Of a DNA stretch of 64,000 bases, positions 46,947-57,203 are shown piece by piece (position 1 is the first letter of the stretch; each line of letters opens with the position of its first letter). The position numbers were made by a program, and so were the translations under genes. This stretch comes from an uncultured Desulfatiglans sp. (GTDB lineage: Bacteria; Desulfobacterota; DSM-4660; Desulfatiglandales; HGW-15). Where the stretch lies: positions 13,872 through 77,871 of the forward strand of contig CAZCMD010000001.1 in the NCBI GenBank assembly GCA_964499695.1, given 5' to 3'. Below the pieces are notes generated by a model, which worked only from the letters and a program-made list of their open reading frames with translations, ran no database searches and was not told where the DNA came from.

Positions 46947-47015
46947 TTCAACCTCTCAATAAAATATTGCACCCGCTTCCGTTATGGTTCATTTTAATTC
47001 AATCTTCATTTGCGG

Positions 47016-47747
47016 TTACTCTATAATATCAATAAGCTTTAGCCGCCGCGAAATCTCAGCGATTTCATCTATCGTGTTTTCCCCTATATCTTCAGAGAGG
47101 AGAATAGCATTCTCCTTCAGTATATTTACCGGCCAGTCCCACCATTTTGATGAGTCGATCCTTCTTTCGGTTTCATCATTGAAGCGCATTTTCAGCTTTT
47201 TAGCCGGTGCACCTGCAACCACGGAATAAGCCGGAACATTTTTTGTAACAACGGATCCAGCCCCTATTACAGCGCCGTTGCCAACAGACACACCCGCCAA
47301 TATGATAGCACCGGCCCCAATCCAAACCCCATTACCTATGATCGTGCGATCCCGCGGAGGGGATGGTATGTCAATCCCAAATTTTTCCTTCCAGTTGATG
47401 CCGGTCTGCATGCTTACACTGCGCATATTGTGATTAACCGCCCCAATGCTGACATTCCATGACAAAGAACACATCCGCCCGATTTGTGAATGTATAACTC
47501 GAGTATTCTTGTTTGTTGAAGAACCAAGACCGATTTCTGAAAATGAAATTAAACAATCCATATCTATACGATTGTGTCCTTCGAGTTTTGAATAGGCAAT
47601 ACGGGACCTGTCACATAATTTCGCGTCATTGCCGATTTCCGAACATGTTATATATATATCATTATATATGATGACATCCTGGCCTACAGTAGTGTCTTTA
47701 ACAACAGTATTTCTACCAATGTCTAAATTATTTTTTAAATTATTCAC
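47016..47747 (-). CDS. hexapeptide-repeat (LbH) acetyltransferase
   Basis: [50 protein letters not shown] start overlapping the upstream stop (GTGA). Confidence 0.8.
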   Translation of the reverse strand: MNNLKNNLDIGRNTVVKDTTVGQDVIIYNDIYITCSEIGNDAKLCDRSRIAYSKLEGHNRIDMDCLISFSEIGLGSSTNKNTRVIHSQIGRMCSLSWNVSIGAVNHNMRSVSMQTGINWKEKFGIDIPSPPRDRTIIGNGVWIGAGAIILAGVSVGNGAVIGAGSVVTKNVPAYSVVAGAPAKKLKMRFNDETERRIDSSKWWDWPVNILKENAILLSEDIGENTIDEIAEISRRLKLIDIIE

Positions 47748-49384
47748 TGTACCGGCATCCTTTCAGAGTTCATTTCTCTAACTCCAAAAATTATATCAAG
47801 CACCACGATCCATTCTTCAGCTCTTTTAAAGTTATCATCCCTCCAGGAAATTGCGCCAAAAATCATCGACACAATGTCAATAAATACGGCGTCGTCAAGC
47901 ATTGAGCGGTCCGCATGCATGCCAAAAAAATCTTTCAATTCCTCAAAATAATCCTTTCTGTTACCGCCGAAGTGCAAGAGTTCATATGCAATAAAGCGGG
48001 AGAACTCCATTACAAACGGGGCGTAATATCCCAAGGGATCTATAAGTTTAATATCATCGTTTTCAATCAGGGCATTGTTCCCTGATATATCGCCATGGAT
48101 GAGAAATCTTTCAGACGGCAGTCCGCGATACTTCAAGAGTGCGCTCTCAAGGAGTTGCCTGCAAAATGCTTTTTTATATCCTACTGTAAGAGCCATACGG
48201 TATTTATCCTCCAACTCGACAACATAATCCTGAATGCAGGTATCAATACCGCCTTCCGGGGCCATCTTCATAGAGGAACAGATTCGCCTAAATAGACCTT
48301 CCAGCAAGTAGCGGTGTTTTGAAAAAGCCGTATAGTCACCTGGTATAATTCTTTTAAGCAACATGGCATAACGTTCATCGTCGCTGTCTATAAGCTTCGC
48401 TGTAATATCAGATGATAGGGTTTCTAAAGTGAACTTTTCCCGTTCATATCGTCCAGTGAATGGAGGTATTACCTTAATAATAACCGCACCAAATCTTTCA
48501 GAAGATGCCTCAAAAACCAGCCCAAAATTCGATGCCGGGTGAAGCGTGTAGTCGGTTATATCCCATTTTGCCAACAAATATTCCACATCAGCATCCAATG
48601 TCCTAGCCCACTCCCGAACTTCCTTACGCCATACTATGCGCAACCTCTGAAAAAGGTCTAAAGCAACATCATTGCTATGAGCTCTGAACTGACGCTTTTT
48701 TTCACGATGGGCCAGTAACGCTTCTACAATCGCAATATCATGGGGGTATATTATCTTAATGTAGTCAGTAAAATCCCAATAAAGCTTTGTTTTGACATTT
48801 GAAGGCAGTTGGTGCGCAATGACAGTCAAAAGTGAATTTTCATTAAAATGTTTCACCAGCATGTCGAAGTGATATCCGTGTGGATTTTGTATCATGTAGT
48901 ACCTTGAACGGTCCACGCTGGGCGTGTCATAGCACCCGAGACTGGTTGGGATTTTTGATGTGGTTAGCACTACGTCATATCGGTCCAAATACTCAAAAAA
49001 CTTATCAAACAACGCGCCGGTAACCAATGGATTGACTGCATCTGTCACAACTAGCTTATCGCAATCGTAATGATTTCCAATGTAATGAAGGACTTTATTG
49101 AAAGACTTATTCCTTTCCTCACCGCCCTCAATAATCACGATGCCATATGTATGTCGGAGTTTATTTATATAATCCCCTCTGGCTGCTACGATAATCTCAT
49201 CAGCTTTGCGTGATGCAAGGGCAGCACGGATCGTGTATTCAATTACCGGCCTACCGTTGACCAAGTGATACTGCTTTGGAACTGGATCACCGAACCTGTT
49301 GCCTACACCGCTTGCAAGTATCACAATCAAGTTATTTTTCATGGATGCTATACCCTGCCTTCTTAAATTATGTTGACCTGTCAC
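47744..49384 (-). CDS. bifunctional IspD-like cytidylyltransferase plus APH/choline-kinase-like phosphotransferase
   Basis: N-terminal [18 protein letters not shown]...GRPVI. C-terminal [23 protein letters not shown] (HGDxxxxN kinase loop). The start is either the GTG at 49384 (GTGA overlap) or the ATG at 49342. Confidence 0.7.
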   Translation of the reverse strand: MTGQHNLRRQGIASMKNNLIVILASGVGNRFGDPVPKQYHLVNGRPVIEYTIRAALASRKADEIIVAARGDYINKLRHTYGIVIIEGGEERNKSFNKVLHYIGNHYDCDKLVVTDAVNPLVTGALFDKFFEYLDRYDVVLTTSKIPTSLGCYDTPSVDRSRYYMIQNPHGYHFDMLVKHFNENSLLTVIAHQLPSNVKTKLYWDFTDYIKIIYPHDIAIVEALLAHREKKRQFRAHSNDVALDLFQRLRIVWRKEVREWARTLDADVEYLLAKWDITDYTLHPASNFGLVFEASSERFGAVIIKVIPPFTGRYEREKFTLETLSSDITAKLIDSDDERYAMLLKRIIPGDYTAFSKHRYLLEGLFRRICSSMKMAPEGGIDTCIQDYVVELEDKYRMALTVGYKKAFCRQLLESALLKYRGLPSERFLIHGDISGNNALIENDDIKLIDPLGYYAPFVMEFSRFIAYELLHFGGNRKDYFEELKDFFGMHADRSMLDDAVFIDIVSMIFGAISWRDDNFKRAEEWIVVLDIIFGVREMNSERMPVQ

Positions 49385-50526
49385 AAATCAAGAATATCCA
49401 GGAGCCTTGCGGAATTCCGATTATCTTGATAGGTGTGAATGTAGTTTTTTAGTTTTGCCCTTTGGTCAGCAAAAATGTCATTTCCATTTGCCACATCGCT
49501 CATGAATTCGATTAAATCCTTTGTGGACCAAATTTTCTTTCCGGGCATATAGTCTAAAGGGTTTTCAACAATAAAACCGGGCGTATATTCATTAAAATCA
49601 TCTAATGTGTAACCGATCGGCCTGTCGAGGAGGAGATAATCGAAAGCGACAGAGGAGTAATCAGTTATCAAAGCATCTGTTTCGGCCATTAATTGATATA
49701 GGTTGATTCCTCGTTTGCGCAGTATTTCATTTGACATCAGGAGGATATTTTCTGACTGAACGATGGTGATGGCAGAAAGGTCTTGAACCGGGTGCGGTTT
49801 AATGATCAATAAAATGTCCTTCTGACTAAGACAGTCATCTAACAGTTCTAAGTCTCCTGCAGTACTCAGCACAGGAAGTCCCAAAGCATTTCCTTTCCCC
49901 GAATCATTACAGTCTATGTAACGGTGTTTTCTGAAAGTTGGCATCCATATAATAGTTATTGTATGCTGTCTTCCGCATGTTATTTTTGCTAGTTGTCCGT
50001 TGGGGGAAAACAGATCGTCATTGCGCGGAAAACCACAGACAAAGTACTTTGACGGATTAACACCAAACCTTTCCGAGGATCCGGCAATCAGATTTTTAGA
50101 GGTGCATAGAAAACGGTCGACATTTTCATCGTAATCACTGAGATACTTTGTAGCATTTTTTAGCCCAAAAGCACCATGAGTAAGGAAGATGCCAATTTGG
50201 CTTTTTTTTCTCTTTCCTATGACCATACCGTCGGCGATCAAATATCTTGCCCTTGTCAGCAAAATTAGATCAGCTATGGTTTTGTGGCTTCTTCGGCTTC
50301 TATCCATGACGGTGACATTAGATACGTTGATGTTTTGCCACTCTAGAACGTCACGAACAAGCCACACCAGTCTGTATTTTTTGTTAAGACCCCGACGCAG
50401 CATCTCTCTATAAAGAGCGCCAGTATTACTGTCAAAATCATCTTCACTTTCAAGGATGATAATATTTCCAAGTGGCAGATATTTTAACAAATTATCAAGG
50501 CAAAATATTTTATTCATTATAGTCAT
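49381..50526 (-). CDS. CDP-glycerol glycerophosphotransferase (TagB/TagF) family protein
   Basis: CGFPRNDDL, IIWMPTFR, IIKPHPV and LITDYSSVAFDYLLLDRP. Confidence 0.8.
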   Translation of the reverse strand: MTIMNKIFCLDNLLKYLPLGNIIILESEDDFDSNTGALYREMLRRGLNKKYRLVWLVRDVLEWQNINVSNVTVMDRSRRSHKTIADLILLTRARYLIADGMVIGKRKKSQIGIFLTHGAFGLKNATKYLSDYDENVDRFLCTSKNLIAGSSERFGVNPSKYFVCGFPRNDDLFSPNGQLAKITCGRQHTITIIWMPTFRKHRYIDCNDSGKGNALGLPVLSTAGDLELLDDCLSQKDILLIIKPHPVQDLSAITIVQSENILLMSNEILRKRGINLYQLMAETDALITDYSSVAFDYLLLDRPIGYTLDDFNEYTPGFIVENPLDYMPGKKIWSTKDLIEFMSDVANGNDIFADQRAKLKNYIHTYQDNRNSARLLDILDL

Positions 50527-50571
50527 TCGTAAATTCGTTTGGTGCGTATTATATTGTCTTTGTTCACTGTC

Positions 50572-51915
50572 TCATGACCGAAGGATCTTAGCTAAATCAA
50601 AGGCGAGTTCCACCGCCTGTTCAGCATTCAGACGGGGGTCGCAGTTCGTCTGGTAATTAAGATACAGATCCTTATCGATAAGTTGTCGATTGCCGCCGAT
50701 ACATTCCGTAACATTGTCGCCTGTCAGCTCAAGATGAACACCGCCTCCAACTGTTTGCTCAGCCTGGTGGATCTGCCAGAACATTTTGATTTCCCCAAGT
50801 ATGTCTTCGTATTTTCTGGTCTTATGCGAAAGTCCATTGGTGTATGTGTTTCCGTGCATGGGATCACAGATCCATAGAACCCTGAATCCCTCTTTTTTAA
50901 ATTCCCGAAGCAGAGGTGGAAGAAATGATTCGATTTTTGTCGAACCGAAGCGTGTAATAAGCGTTAGACGTCCTACATCATTATCAGGGTTAAGCAATTG
51001 TATGAGACGTTTTATTTCGTCGATATTGTGATCCGGCCCGATTTTTACGCCGATGGGATTACCGACGCCTCTTAAAAATTCCACATGAGCCCCTTCAAGC
51101 TGGCGTGTCCGATCACCGATCCATACCATATGGGCGCTTGTGTCGTACCATTTGCCTGTAGTCGTATCGATTCTTGTCAGGGCCTCTTCGTATTCAAGCA
51201 GAAGGGCTTCATGAGAGGTGTACACCGTGATTTCGTTTAACTGGGGGGCCTTGATATCTATACCAATCGCGGTCATAAAGTTCGCGGCCTTTCTGATCCC
51301 GTTAACAAGCTCATCATATTTCTGGTTGGCAGGGAAGGAACCGAAACTGGCCTCGCTCCATGATTGAATTTTATCCAGCGCGGCGTAGCCGCCTCGGGTA
51401 AATGCCCTTACGAGATTAAGGGTTGCGGTGGACCGGAAATATCCCTCCAGTATCCTGCGAGGATCAGGTGTTCTCGCCTCCGGTGTCGGATCAGGGCTGT
51501 TAATCATATCTCCCCGATAACTGGGAATCTCGATGCCATCGACCGTTTCAGTGGTGGAAGAACGGGGTTTGGCATATTGCCCTGCCATTCTGCCGATTTT
51601 TATAATTTTCTTCTCTCCAGCGTAGGCAAGGATTATGGACATCTTAAGTATGACCTTCAGGAGATCATGGATACGCGGGCCGTTGCAACGTGAGAAATTT
51701 TCGGCGCAATCTCCAGCCTGAAGGACAAATGCCTTGCCTTCGATTACCTCAGCAAGCTGCTGCTTCAACGCTCGTGTTTCTCCGGCGAAGACCAGCGCAG
51801 GCAACTGAGAGAGCTTTTGCAGCATATCTTCGCAAACACGGGCATCAGGCCAGTTCGGCTGTTGTCGTATTGGAAAAGAACGCCAGCTTGATTTCGACCA
51901 TTCAGGAGTTCTCAT
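50572..51915 (-). CDS. class II 3-deoxy-7-phosphoheptulonate (DAHP) synthase
   Basis: Collinear by eye with M. tuberculosis/plant-type DAHPS: QQPNWPD, LQAGDCAE, GRMAGQYAKPRS, SYRGDMIN, WIGDRTRQ, CDPMHGN, CDPRLN. Confidence 0.9.
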   Translation of the reverse strand: MRTPEWSKSSWRSFPIRQQPNWPDARVCEDMLQKLSQLPALVFAGETRALKQQLAEVIEGKAFVLQAGDCAENFSRCNGPRIHDLLKVILKMSIILAYAGEKKIIKIGRMAGQYAKPRSSTTETVDGIEIPSYRGDMINSPDPTPEARTPDPRRILEGYFRSTATLNLVRAFTRGGYAALDKIQSWSEASFGSFPANQKYDELVNGIRKAANFMTAIGIDIKAPQLNEITVYTSHEALLLEYEEALTRIDTTTGKWYDTSAHMVWIGDRTRQLEGAHVEFLRGVGNPIGVKIGPDHNIDEIKRLIQLLNPDNDVGRLTLITRFGSTKIESFLPPLLREFKKEGFRVLWICDPMHGNTYTNGLSHKTRKYEDILGEIKMFWQIHQAEQTVGGGVHLELTGDNVTECIGGNRQLIDKDLYLNYQTNCDPRLNAEQAVELAFDLAKILRS

Positions 51916-51937
51916 GTTATATCCTTAACTACCCGAT

Positions 51938-53083
51938 CTAATTATAAACAGGCTGCCAGGTCATGGTATCTTTTGATTTGACCATGGATTCAATCATATG
52001 AATTCCTTCTAGCGCCAGTTCGATCCCAAACACATTTTCAGAGTGCCAATGCCCGGTTGCCCTGTACTGACAGAGACAATCGGCAATATCCATATAAAGA
52101 TTGGCAAATGCCTCTATAAAACCGGCAGGGTGCCCGGCCTTAAACCTGTTATACCGTCTCATATTTGCAACCTCCACATAAGAGGCTCTATCCATAATTA
52201 CCCTGCGCCCATCAGCGTATGATACTAGCAGTTCCTCAGGACGCATCTGATACCATTCAGCAGAGGCTTCTGAGCCATATATCCTGAGTCTTAATCCGTT
52301 TCTTTGACCCAACGCTGACTTGCTGAACCATATCTGGCCCTGAATGCCTTCCGAATAGCGACAAAGACATGTGACGTTATCAATAACCTGTGAAAACCAT
52401 CCGTAACTGTTCTGATCGGCAATAACCTCAAGGGGTTTTTGTCCCACCAGATAGTGAATCAGCTGATGAAGATGAGACCCCAGGTCAAGGTGAATCACGG
52501 GTACATGTCCGTCGGTAAGCCTCCATGACTGGGGCGCCGGCTTATTCCCATGTGCATCCACCCTGATATAGCCTTCCTGAGGCATTTCAGCCTGAAAGTG
52601 CAGTATCCTGCCAAGCATACCCTTTTGGATCATTTTTTTCAGTTCACGCACCATCGGGTACCCCGAGTAATTATAGGTCACTGCAAGGAAACTATTTCTT
52701 TGACTGCAAAGGTCCAGGACTGTTTTGGCATCGGCGCTGTTTGTAACCAGGGTTTTCTCACAGATTACCGGGTAACCCGCCTCCAGACAGGTCATGACAA
52801 TCTCATAATGGGATGGGGTCGGTGTCAGAATGGTGATAGCATCCAGACGGCCTTTTTCTTTTTTCAACAGTTCCTGCCAGTTGTCATATGCCCTGTCAGA
52901 GGCTACCCCGTAAGCCTGTGCTGTCTCAAGATTCCGCTTTTCATCTGTACTGAAACAACCGGCCTTGACAGCCCAGCGATTATCCATGGTAGAGGATACG
53001 GCATGTGCATATCCAACCGCGGAATATAAAGAACCACCTATAAAACCTAGTGACATTGGTGAGGACACTGTCGGCTTATCCAT
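51938..53083 (-). CDS. Gfo/Idh/MocA-family NAD(P)-dependent oxidoreductase
   Basis: LGFIGGS...ILTPTPSHYEIVMTCLEAGYPVICEKTL. GGGAG RBS. Confidence 0.8.
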   Translation of the reverse strand: MDKPTVSSPMSLGFIGGSLYSAVGYAHAVSSTMDNRWAVKAGCFSTDEKRNLETAQAYGVASDRAYDNWQELLKKEKGRLDAITILTPTPSHYEIVMTCLEAGYPVICEKTLVTNSADAKTVLDLCSQRNSFLAVTYNYSGYPMVRELKKMIQKGMLGRILHFQAEMPQEGYIRVDAHGNKPAPQSWRLTDGHVPVIHLDLGSHLHQLIHYLVGQKPLEVIADQNSYGWFSQVIDNVTCLCRYSEGIQGQIWFSKSALGQRNGLRLRIYGSEASAEWYQMRPEELLVSYADGRRVIMDRASYVEVANMRRYNRFKAGHPAGFIEAFANLYMDIADCLCQYRATGHWHSENVFGIELALEGIHMIESMVKSKDTMTWQPVYN

Positions 53084-53101
53084 TATAATCTCCCTTTAAT
53101 T

Positions 53102-54262
53102 TCATTGAGTTTGGTTAATCGTATACAGGTTTCTGTTGAGAGTCTTTTTGTATAAATCCAGTAGCTCTTTCTCTGAATTATTCCTTGAAAACAATAACGC
53201 AATCCTGCTAAAAGGACTGGCTTTAATCATATCGCCCGCTAAGCTTATGGGGACCATCTTTTCTATCAGAATTGGAAAATGGAACTGGATTGATCCCAAA
53301 ACACCTTCAACAGGCTGAGAAATGGTATGCCTCATTATCCAGGCTTGCTTCATAGTTACTTTTTCAAATGTGAAATTTTGTTTTACAAAGGATCTGGCAT
53401 ATGTTTCTGCATAGCTAAATCCGGTTGAGAGTTCGATCAATTGACTGTACAGATCGCCGGGACAGCGTCTTGTCACCTCAATCAACCAGAATGATTCCCC
53501 GTTTTTTATGAATTGCGTGTGGACAAGCCCATCAACCATCTTCAACTCTTTTGAAAGTAAGGTAATACTTTTTCGTATGCGATTCAGCATTTCGGAAGGA
53601 AAGTCATAAATCACACGACTGGTGTCAACCACAAATGGGTTTGCCGTACTGTTCTCTTCGACAATAAAGTCTGCTACTATTCTGCCGCTGGTAATAAACG
53701 CTGAATGGCTGTATAGCTGACCTTCAACATATTCTTCGATTATGCATGTCTTTAAACGGGAGAATTCCTTTGCACGGTTGATGGCTGATTGCAGAGCCCG
53801 TTTTTCCGGCCTTTTAAGGACAGTCATGCCGTGACCGCTGTAAGCATCAATAGGCTTGACAATCAAAGGCCTCATTTCGTCCGAATGCTCGCCCGAGATT
53901 AGAGCCGGAACCGGAAGGCCGATCTGTTTTGCGAATCTTCGAAATTTATCTTTTTTATTGATAATGTCGGTTGTCTCCGGTGTATCCAGGCCATGATAGC
54001 TCCCTTTTGAGTTAAGCTCTGCGCACACCTGGTATGAACGGTCATTACACCCGGGGACGATGTAATCAATATTTAATTTTGCTATCAATTCTTCGGTTTG
54101 TTTAACATCGGAATAATCCATATTGATATAATTTCTGACTGATTTAGCCAGAAAATCCTTTGGGTTTCCGCCAATAACAAAGACCTCGAAACCGGACTTG
54201 ATCAAATAATTATAGATCGGCGCTGATGAAAAATTGGTGTCAACTAAAAGTACTTTATTCAT
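53102..54262 (-). CDS. ATP-grasp domain protein
   Basis: NKKDKFRRFAKQIGLPVP...LIVKPIDAYSGHGMTVL...IIEEYVEG... pattern of ATP-grasp ligases. Confidence 0.7.
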   Translation of the reverse strand: MNKVLLVDTNFSSAPIYNYLIKSGFEVFVIGGNPKDFLAKSVRNYINMDYSDVKQTEELIAKLNIDYIVPGCNDRSYQVCAELNSKGSYHGLDTPETTDIINKKDKFRRFAKQIGLPVPALISGEHSDEMRPLIVKPIDAYSGHGMTVLKRPEKRALQSAINRAKEFSRLKTCIIEEYVEGQLYSHSAFITSGRIVADFIVEENSTANPFVVDTSRVIYDFPSEMLNRIRKSITLLSKELKMVDGLVHTQFIKNGESFWLIEVTRRCPGDLYSQLIELSTGFSYAETYARSFVKQNFTFEKVTMKQAWIMRHTISQPVEGVLGSIQFHFPILIEKMVPISLAGDMIKASPFSRIALLFSRNNSEKELLDLYKKTLNRNLYTINQTQ

Positions 54263-54298
54263 TATTTGTACTCACCGGGGTGTTTGAATTTAAGAAAA

Positions 54299-55372
54299 TT
54301 ATTGAGCTTTCGCATACAATACCGTCTCTTCATAATGCTTTGTAAAGTGATCTAAATAAAATTTATATCCAAGATTTAAGTTGTTTATCAAGTGAACTAT
54401 GTTAGCAAAATCATTCATGTTATGATAAATGGAGATGGCTAGCTCCGGTTTAAATCTTCTCAATGTTTGTTCGGCGCCTCTCAGTGCATTTTGTTCCGCC
54501 CCTTCTATATCCATTTTTATAAGGTCAATTTTGGCTAATTGCTCCTGATCAACGAAATCGTCTATGGTTATCGTATATATGTTATTCTCGTGTCCTTCAA
54601 ACGGTGTTAACGACACCTTACTGCCTGGACCATTATCCCGATAAAACATCCTGATACCTGATTTATCCCATAACGGATTTTCAACTATTTTTATTATATT
54701 TTTAAAATGAGGATTAAGATTAATATTTTTGTAAGCTACCTGTAGATTATTCGGAATAAACTCAAAGGAATATACTTTTCCATTCCCTTTTACCTTATTA
54801 GCAAAAAATAATGTTGTATCGCCCCAACAGGCTCCACAATCTATAACAATATTGCCGTTCTTCGCACCAATGATTATTTGATCATCCGTTATATATTCAT
54901 AGGGCTTCAGTAAAAATTGACTGAATATGGTTCCAGGCGCAGTATATAGCTTAACCGGCAAATCAAGAGGCGACAAGTCCGCGAAAAAAAGATTTTTTTT
55001 CATGGAGCTTACATAATTAACTTCTACCTTATCTTCGGGATCTATCAATGATGACAACTCATCAATTTTTTTAGAATAATCCGTTGCCGAAAGGGGCAGT
55101 CGTATTTTCCTATGACCAAGAACCCTGAATGCGAGTAAATGGAGCAGGAGCTTTTTTGATCGAAAATCATCGAGGAGATAAAAAAAGGATTCAAACTCAT
55201 CCAGGAAATTTTCTATTTCAAAAAGATTTTCCTGCCCATCAACTATTTCTCTTTCCGGTTCCCCGAATCTGGAAAAAGAAAAATTATCTTTAAAATTATT
55301 TTTCCAGGCTTTAGCAAGGGTCTGTAAAAATGCATGGAAGAAGAAATTGTCTTTAGTATCGCCATCTGCCAT
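54299..55372 (-). CDS. FkbM-family methyltransferase
   Basis: VIDCGACWGDTTLFFA...SFEFIPNN...IKMDIEGAEQNALRGAEQTLRRFKPELAISIYHN. Confidence 0.8.
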   Translation of the reverse strand: MADGDTKDNFFFHAFLQTLAKAWKNNFKDNFSFSRFGEPEREIVDGQENLFEIENFLDEFESFFYLLDDFRSKKLLLHLLAFRVLGHRKIRLPLSATDYSKKIDELSSLIDPEDKVEVNYVSSMKKNLFFADLSPLDLPVKLYTAPGTIFSQFLLKPYEYITDDQIIIGAKNGNIVIDCGACWGDTTLFFANKVKGNGKVYSFEFIPNNLQVAYKNINLNPHFKNIIKIVENPLWDKSGIRMFYRDNGPGSKVSLTPFEGHENNIYTITIDDFVDQEQLAKIDLIKMDIEGAEQNALRGAEQTLRRFKPELAISIYHNMNDFANIVHLINNLNLGYKFYLDHFTKHYEETVLYAKAQ

Positions 55373-55373
55373 T

Positions 55374-56540
55374 TTATTCTTCTCCAGCGATTATATTTAG
55401 GATTCTTTTTATGTCTGATTTGTCGATCTCAGGATAAATCGGCAGACAGAGAATTTTCTCGGTAACGGTTTCCGCTACGTGCAGAATGCCGGGTTGTGCC
55501 GATTCAAGGCCCCTGTATGTTGGGAACTGGCTTATAAGAGGATAAAAATACCGTCTTGAAAAGATGTTCTGTTTCTTTAATGCGTTATAAATATCATCCC
55601 TTGATTTTCCGAAGGTGTTTTCATCAATTACGATCGGGAAATACTGATAATTATGCCTTACTTCAGGAATGTCTTCAAAGAATGAAATTCCGGGCAGGTC
55701 TCTGAGGCGCTTACTGTAATATTCCGCTATCTCTTTTCTTTTCTGAATGGACTGGTCAATATATTTTAATTGTAGTATGCCCAAGGCGGCCTGGAACTCA
55801 TTCATCTTTGCGTTTATTCCGGGTGCTACTACAGTAGTCTCGCCGGCAAAGCCGAAGTTCTTTAAAAAATCTATCCTTTTTTTCGTTGTCTCGTCATGGC
55901 AGATTATTGCGCCTCCCTCGAAGGTCGTGAATACCTTTGTCGCGTGAAAGCTTAAAACTGAAAGGTCGCCGAAATTTAAAACTGAGTTGCCGTTAATAGT
56001 TACACCAAAGGCATGGCAGGCGTCATAGATAACCTTTAAACCATAAGTCCCGGCTATCTCCTGGATAGCCTCAACATGACACGGATTACCATATACATGA
56101 ACGGGAAGGATAGCTGTTGTTTTAGGGGTAATAGCCGCCTCGATCTTTTTGGGGTCCAGATTGTATGTCACAGGGTCAATATCACAGAACACCGGTTTGA
56201 TGCCGTTCCAGTTAAGGGCATGGGTTGTGGCTACAAAACTAAAAGGGGTTGTTATGACTTCACCAGTTATTCTAAGTGTCTGAAGAGCGCTTATAAGTGC
56301 CAGTGTGCCATTGGAGAAAAGACAGACATATTTAACTCCAAGATATTCAGCCAGTTCTTTTTCAAAACGCTCATGATATGGGCCCTTATTGGTGAGTTGT
56401 TTTGATTCCCAGATTTGTTCAAGGTACTCATAAAATTCTTCAAGCGGTGGAAGAAAAGGTCTAGTAACATATATCGGTTCTTTATTATCAATATTATCTG
56501 CAATCACATCATCTGATATTTGTGGTGTATTCGTTGTCAT
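55374..56540 (-). CDS. DegT/DnrJ/EryC1-family sugar aminotransferase
   Basis: FSNGTLALISAL...PFSFVATTHA...SFHATKVFTTFEGGAI (PLP-lysine). Confidence 0.88.
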   Translation of the reverse strand: MTTNTPQISDDVIADNIDNKEPIYVTRPFLPPLEEFYEYLEQIWESKQLTNKGPYHERFEKELAEYLGVKYVCLFSNGTLALISALQTLRITGEVITTPFSFVATTHALNWNGIKPVFCDIDPVTYNLDPKKIEAAITPKTTAILPVHVYGNPCHVEAIQEIAGTYGLKVIYDACHAFGVTINGNSVLNFGDLSVLSFHATKVFTTFEGGAIICHDETTKKRIDFLKNFGFAGETTVVAPGINAKMNEFQAALGILQLKYIDQSIQKRKEIAEYYSKRLRDLPGISFFEDIPEVRHNYQYFPIVIDENTFGKSRDDIYNALKKQNIFSRRYFYPLISQFPTYRGLESAQPGILHVAETVTEKILCLPIYPEIDKSDIKRILNIIAGEE

Positions 56541-56561
56541 ATTTTTCCGTTATAAAAGTTA

Positions 56562-57203
56562 TTAATTGTTTGTGAATTGTCTTTCATAGTTATGTTTACA
56601 GATATTGCTATGTTTATTAATCTCTTCATGCCACGACAGGGTTGATATCAACTGACCAACCCAATATTTTATAATTTGCATATGACAGAGACTGGCATTT
56701 AAACGGTTTTCAGCAGGGATATAAAAATTTATTGAGCCGAGGGTTTTTAAAGTGTTGTTAGAGTTCATTGCAGAGAGAGTGCAGACATTGTTACCGGTTC
56801 TTTGTGCTTCCATTGCAGCATTGATGATATTCCTTGATTCACCTGAACTGCTTATTGCTACAAGCATATCCCCCGTGACCATTTTTTTTCTTAGGGGTTC
56901 AGCAAATATTTCATCATACCCTGAATCTCTCGCTACCGCTGTTAACAGTGAAAAATTATTAAATGATTCAGTATCTATTCCGGTGTTTTTTGCAAGGGTT
57001 GATGCGGTGTCACTGGCGATTGAAGCGCTGCTGCCATTGCCTATAAAATATATGGTTTTTTTCCTCTCAAACACCCCAAGGGCATAATTATGCAATTGTT
57101 TAAAAGCAATGTCAGTATCTATAATATTTCCGCTTATATCACTCACGGACATTGAAAGAAGGTGCTCTTTAAGATGATTTATATGTGTTTTCCAGTTAGT
57201 CAT
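56562..57203 (-). CDS. SIS-domain sugar-phosphate isomerase (GmhA/DiaA-like)
   Basis: IYFIGNGSSASIASDTA...LVAISSSGESRNII. 213 aa. ATGA overlap with the upstream MerR-like gene. Confidence 0.75.
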   Translation of the reverse strand: MTNWKTHINHLKEHLLSMSVSDISGNIIDTDIAFKQLHNYALGVFERKKTIYFIGNGSSASIASDTASTLAKNTGIDTESFNNFSLLTAVARDSGYDEIFAEPLRKKMVTGDMLVAISSSGESRNIINAAMEAQRTGNNVCTLSAMNSNNTLKTLGSINFYIPAENRLNASLCHMQIIKYWVGQLISTLSWHEEINKHSNICKHNYERQFTNN

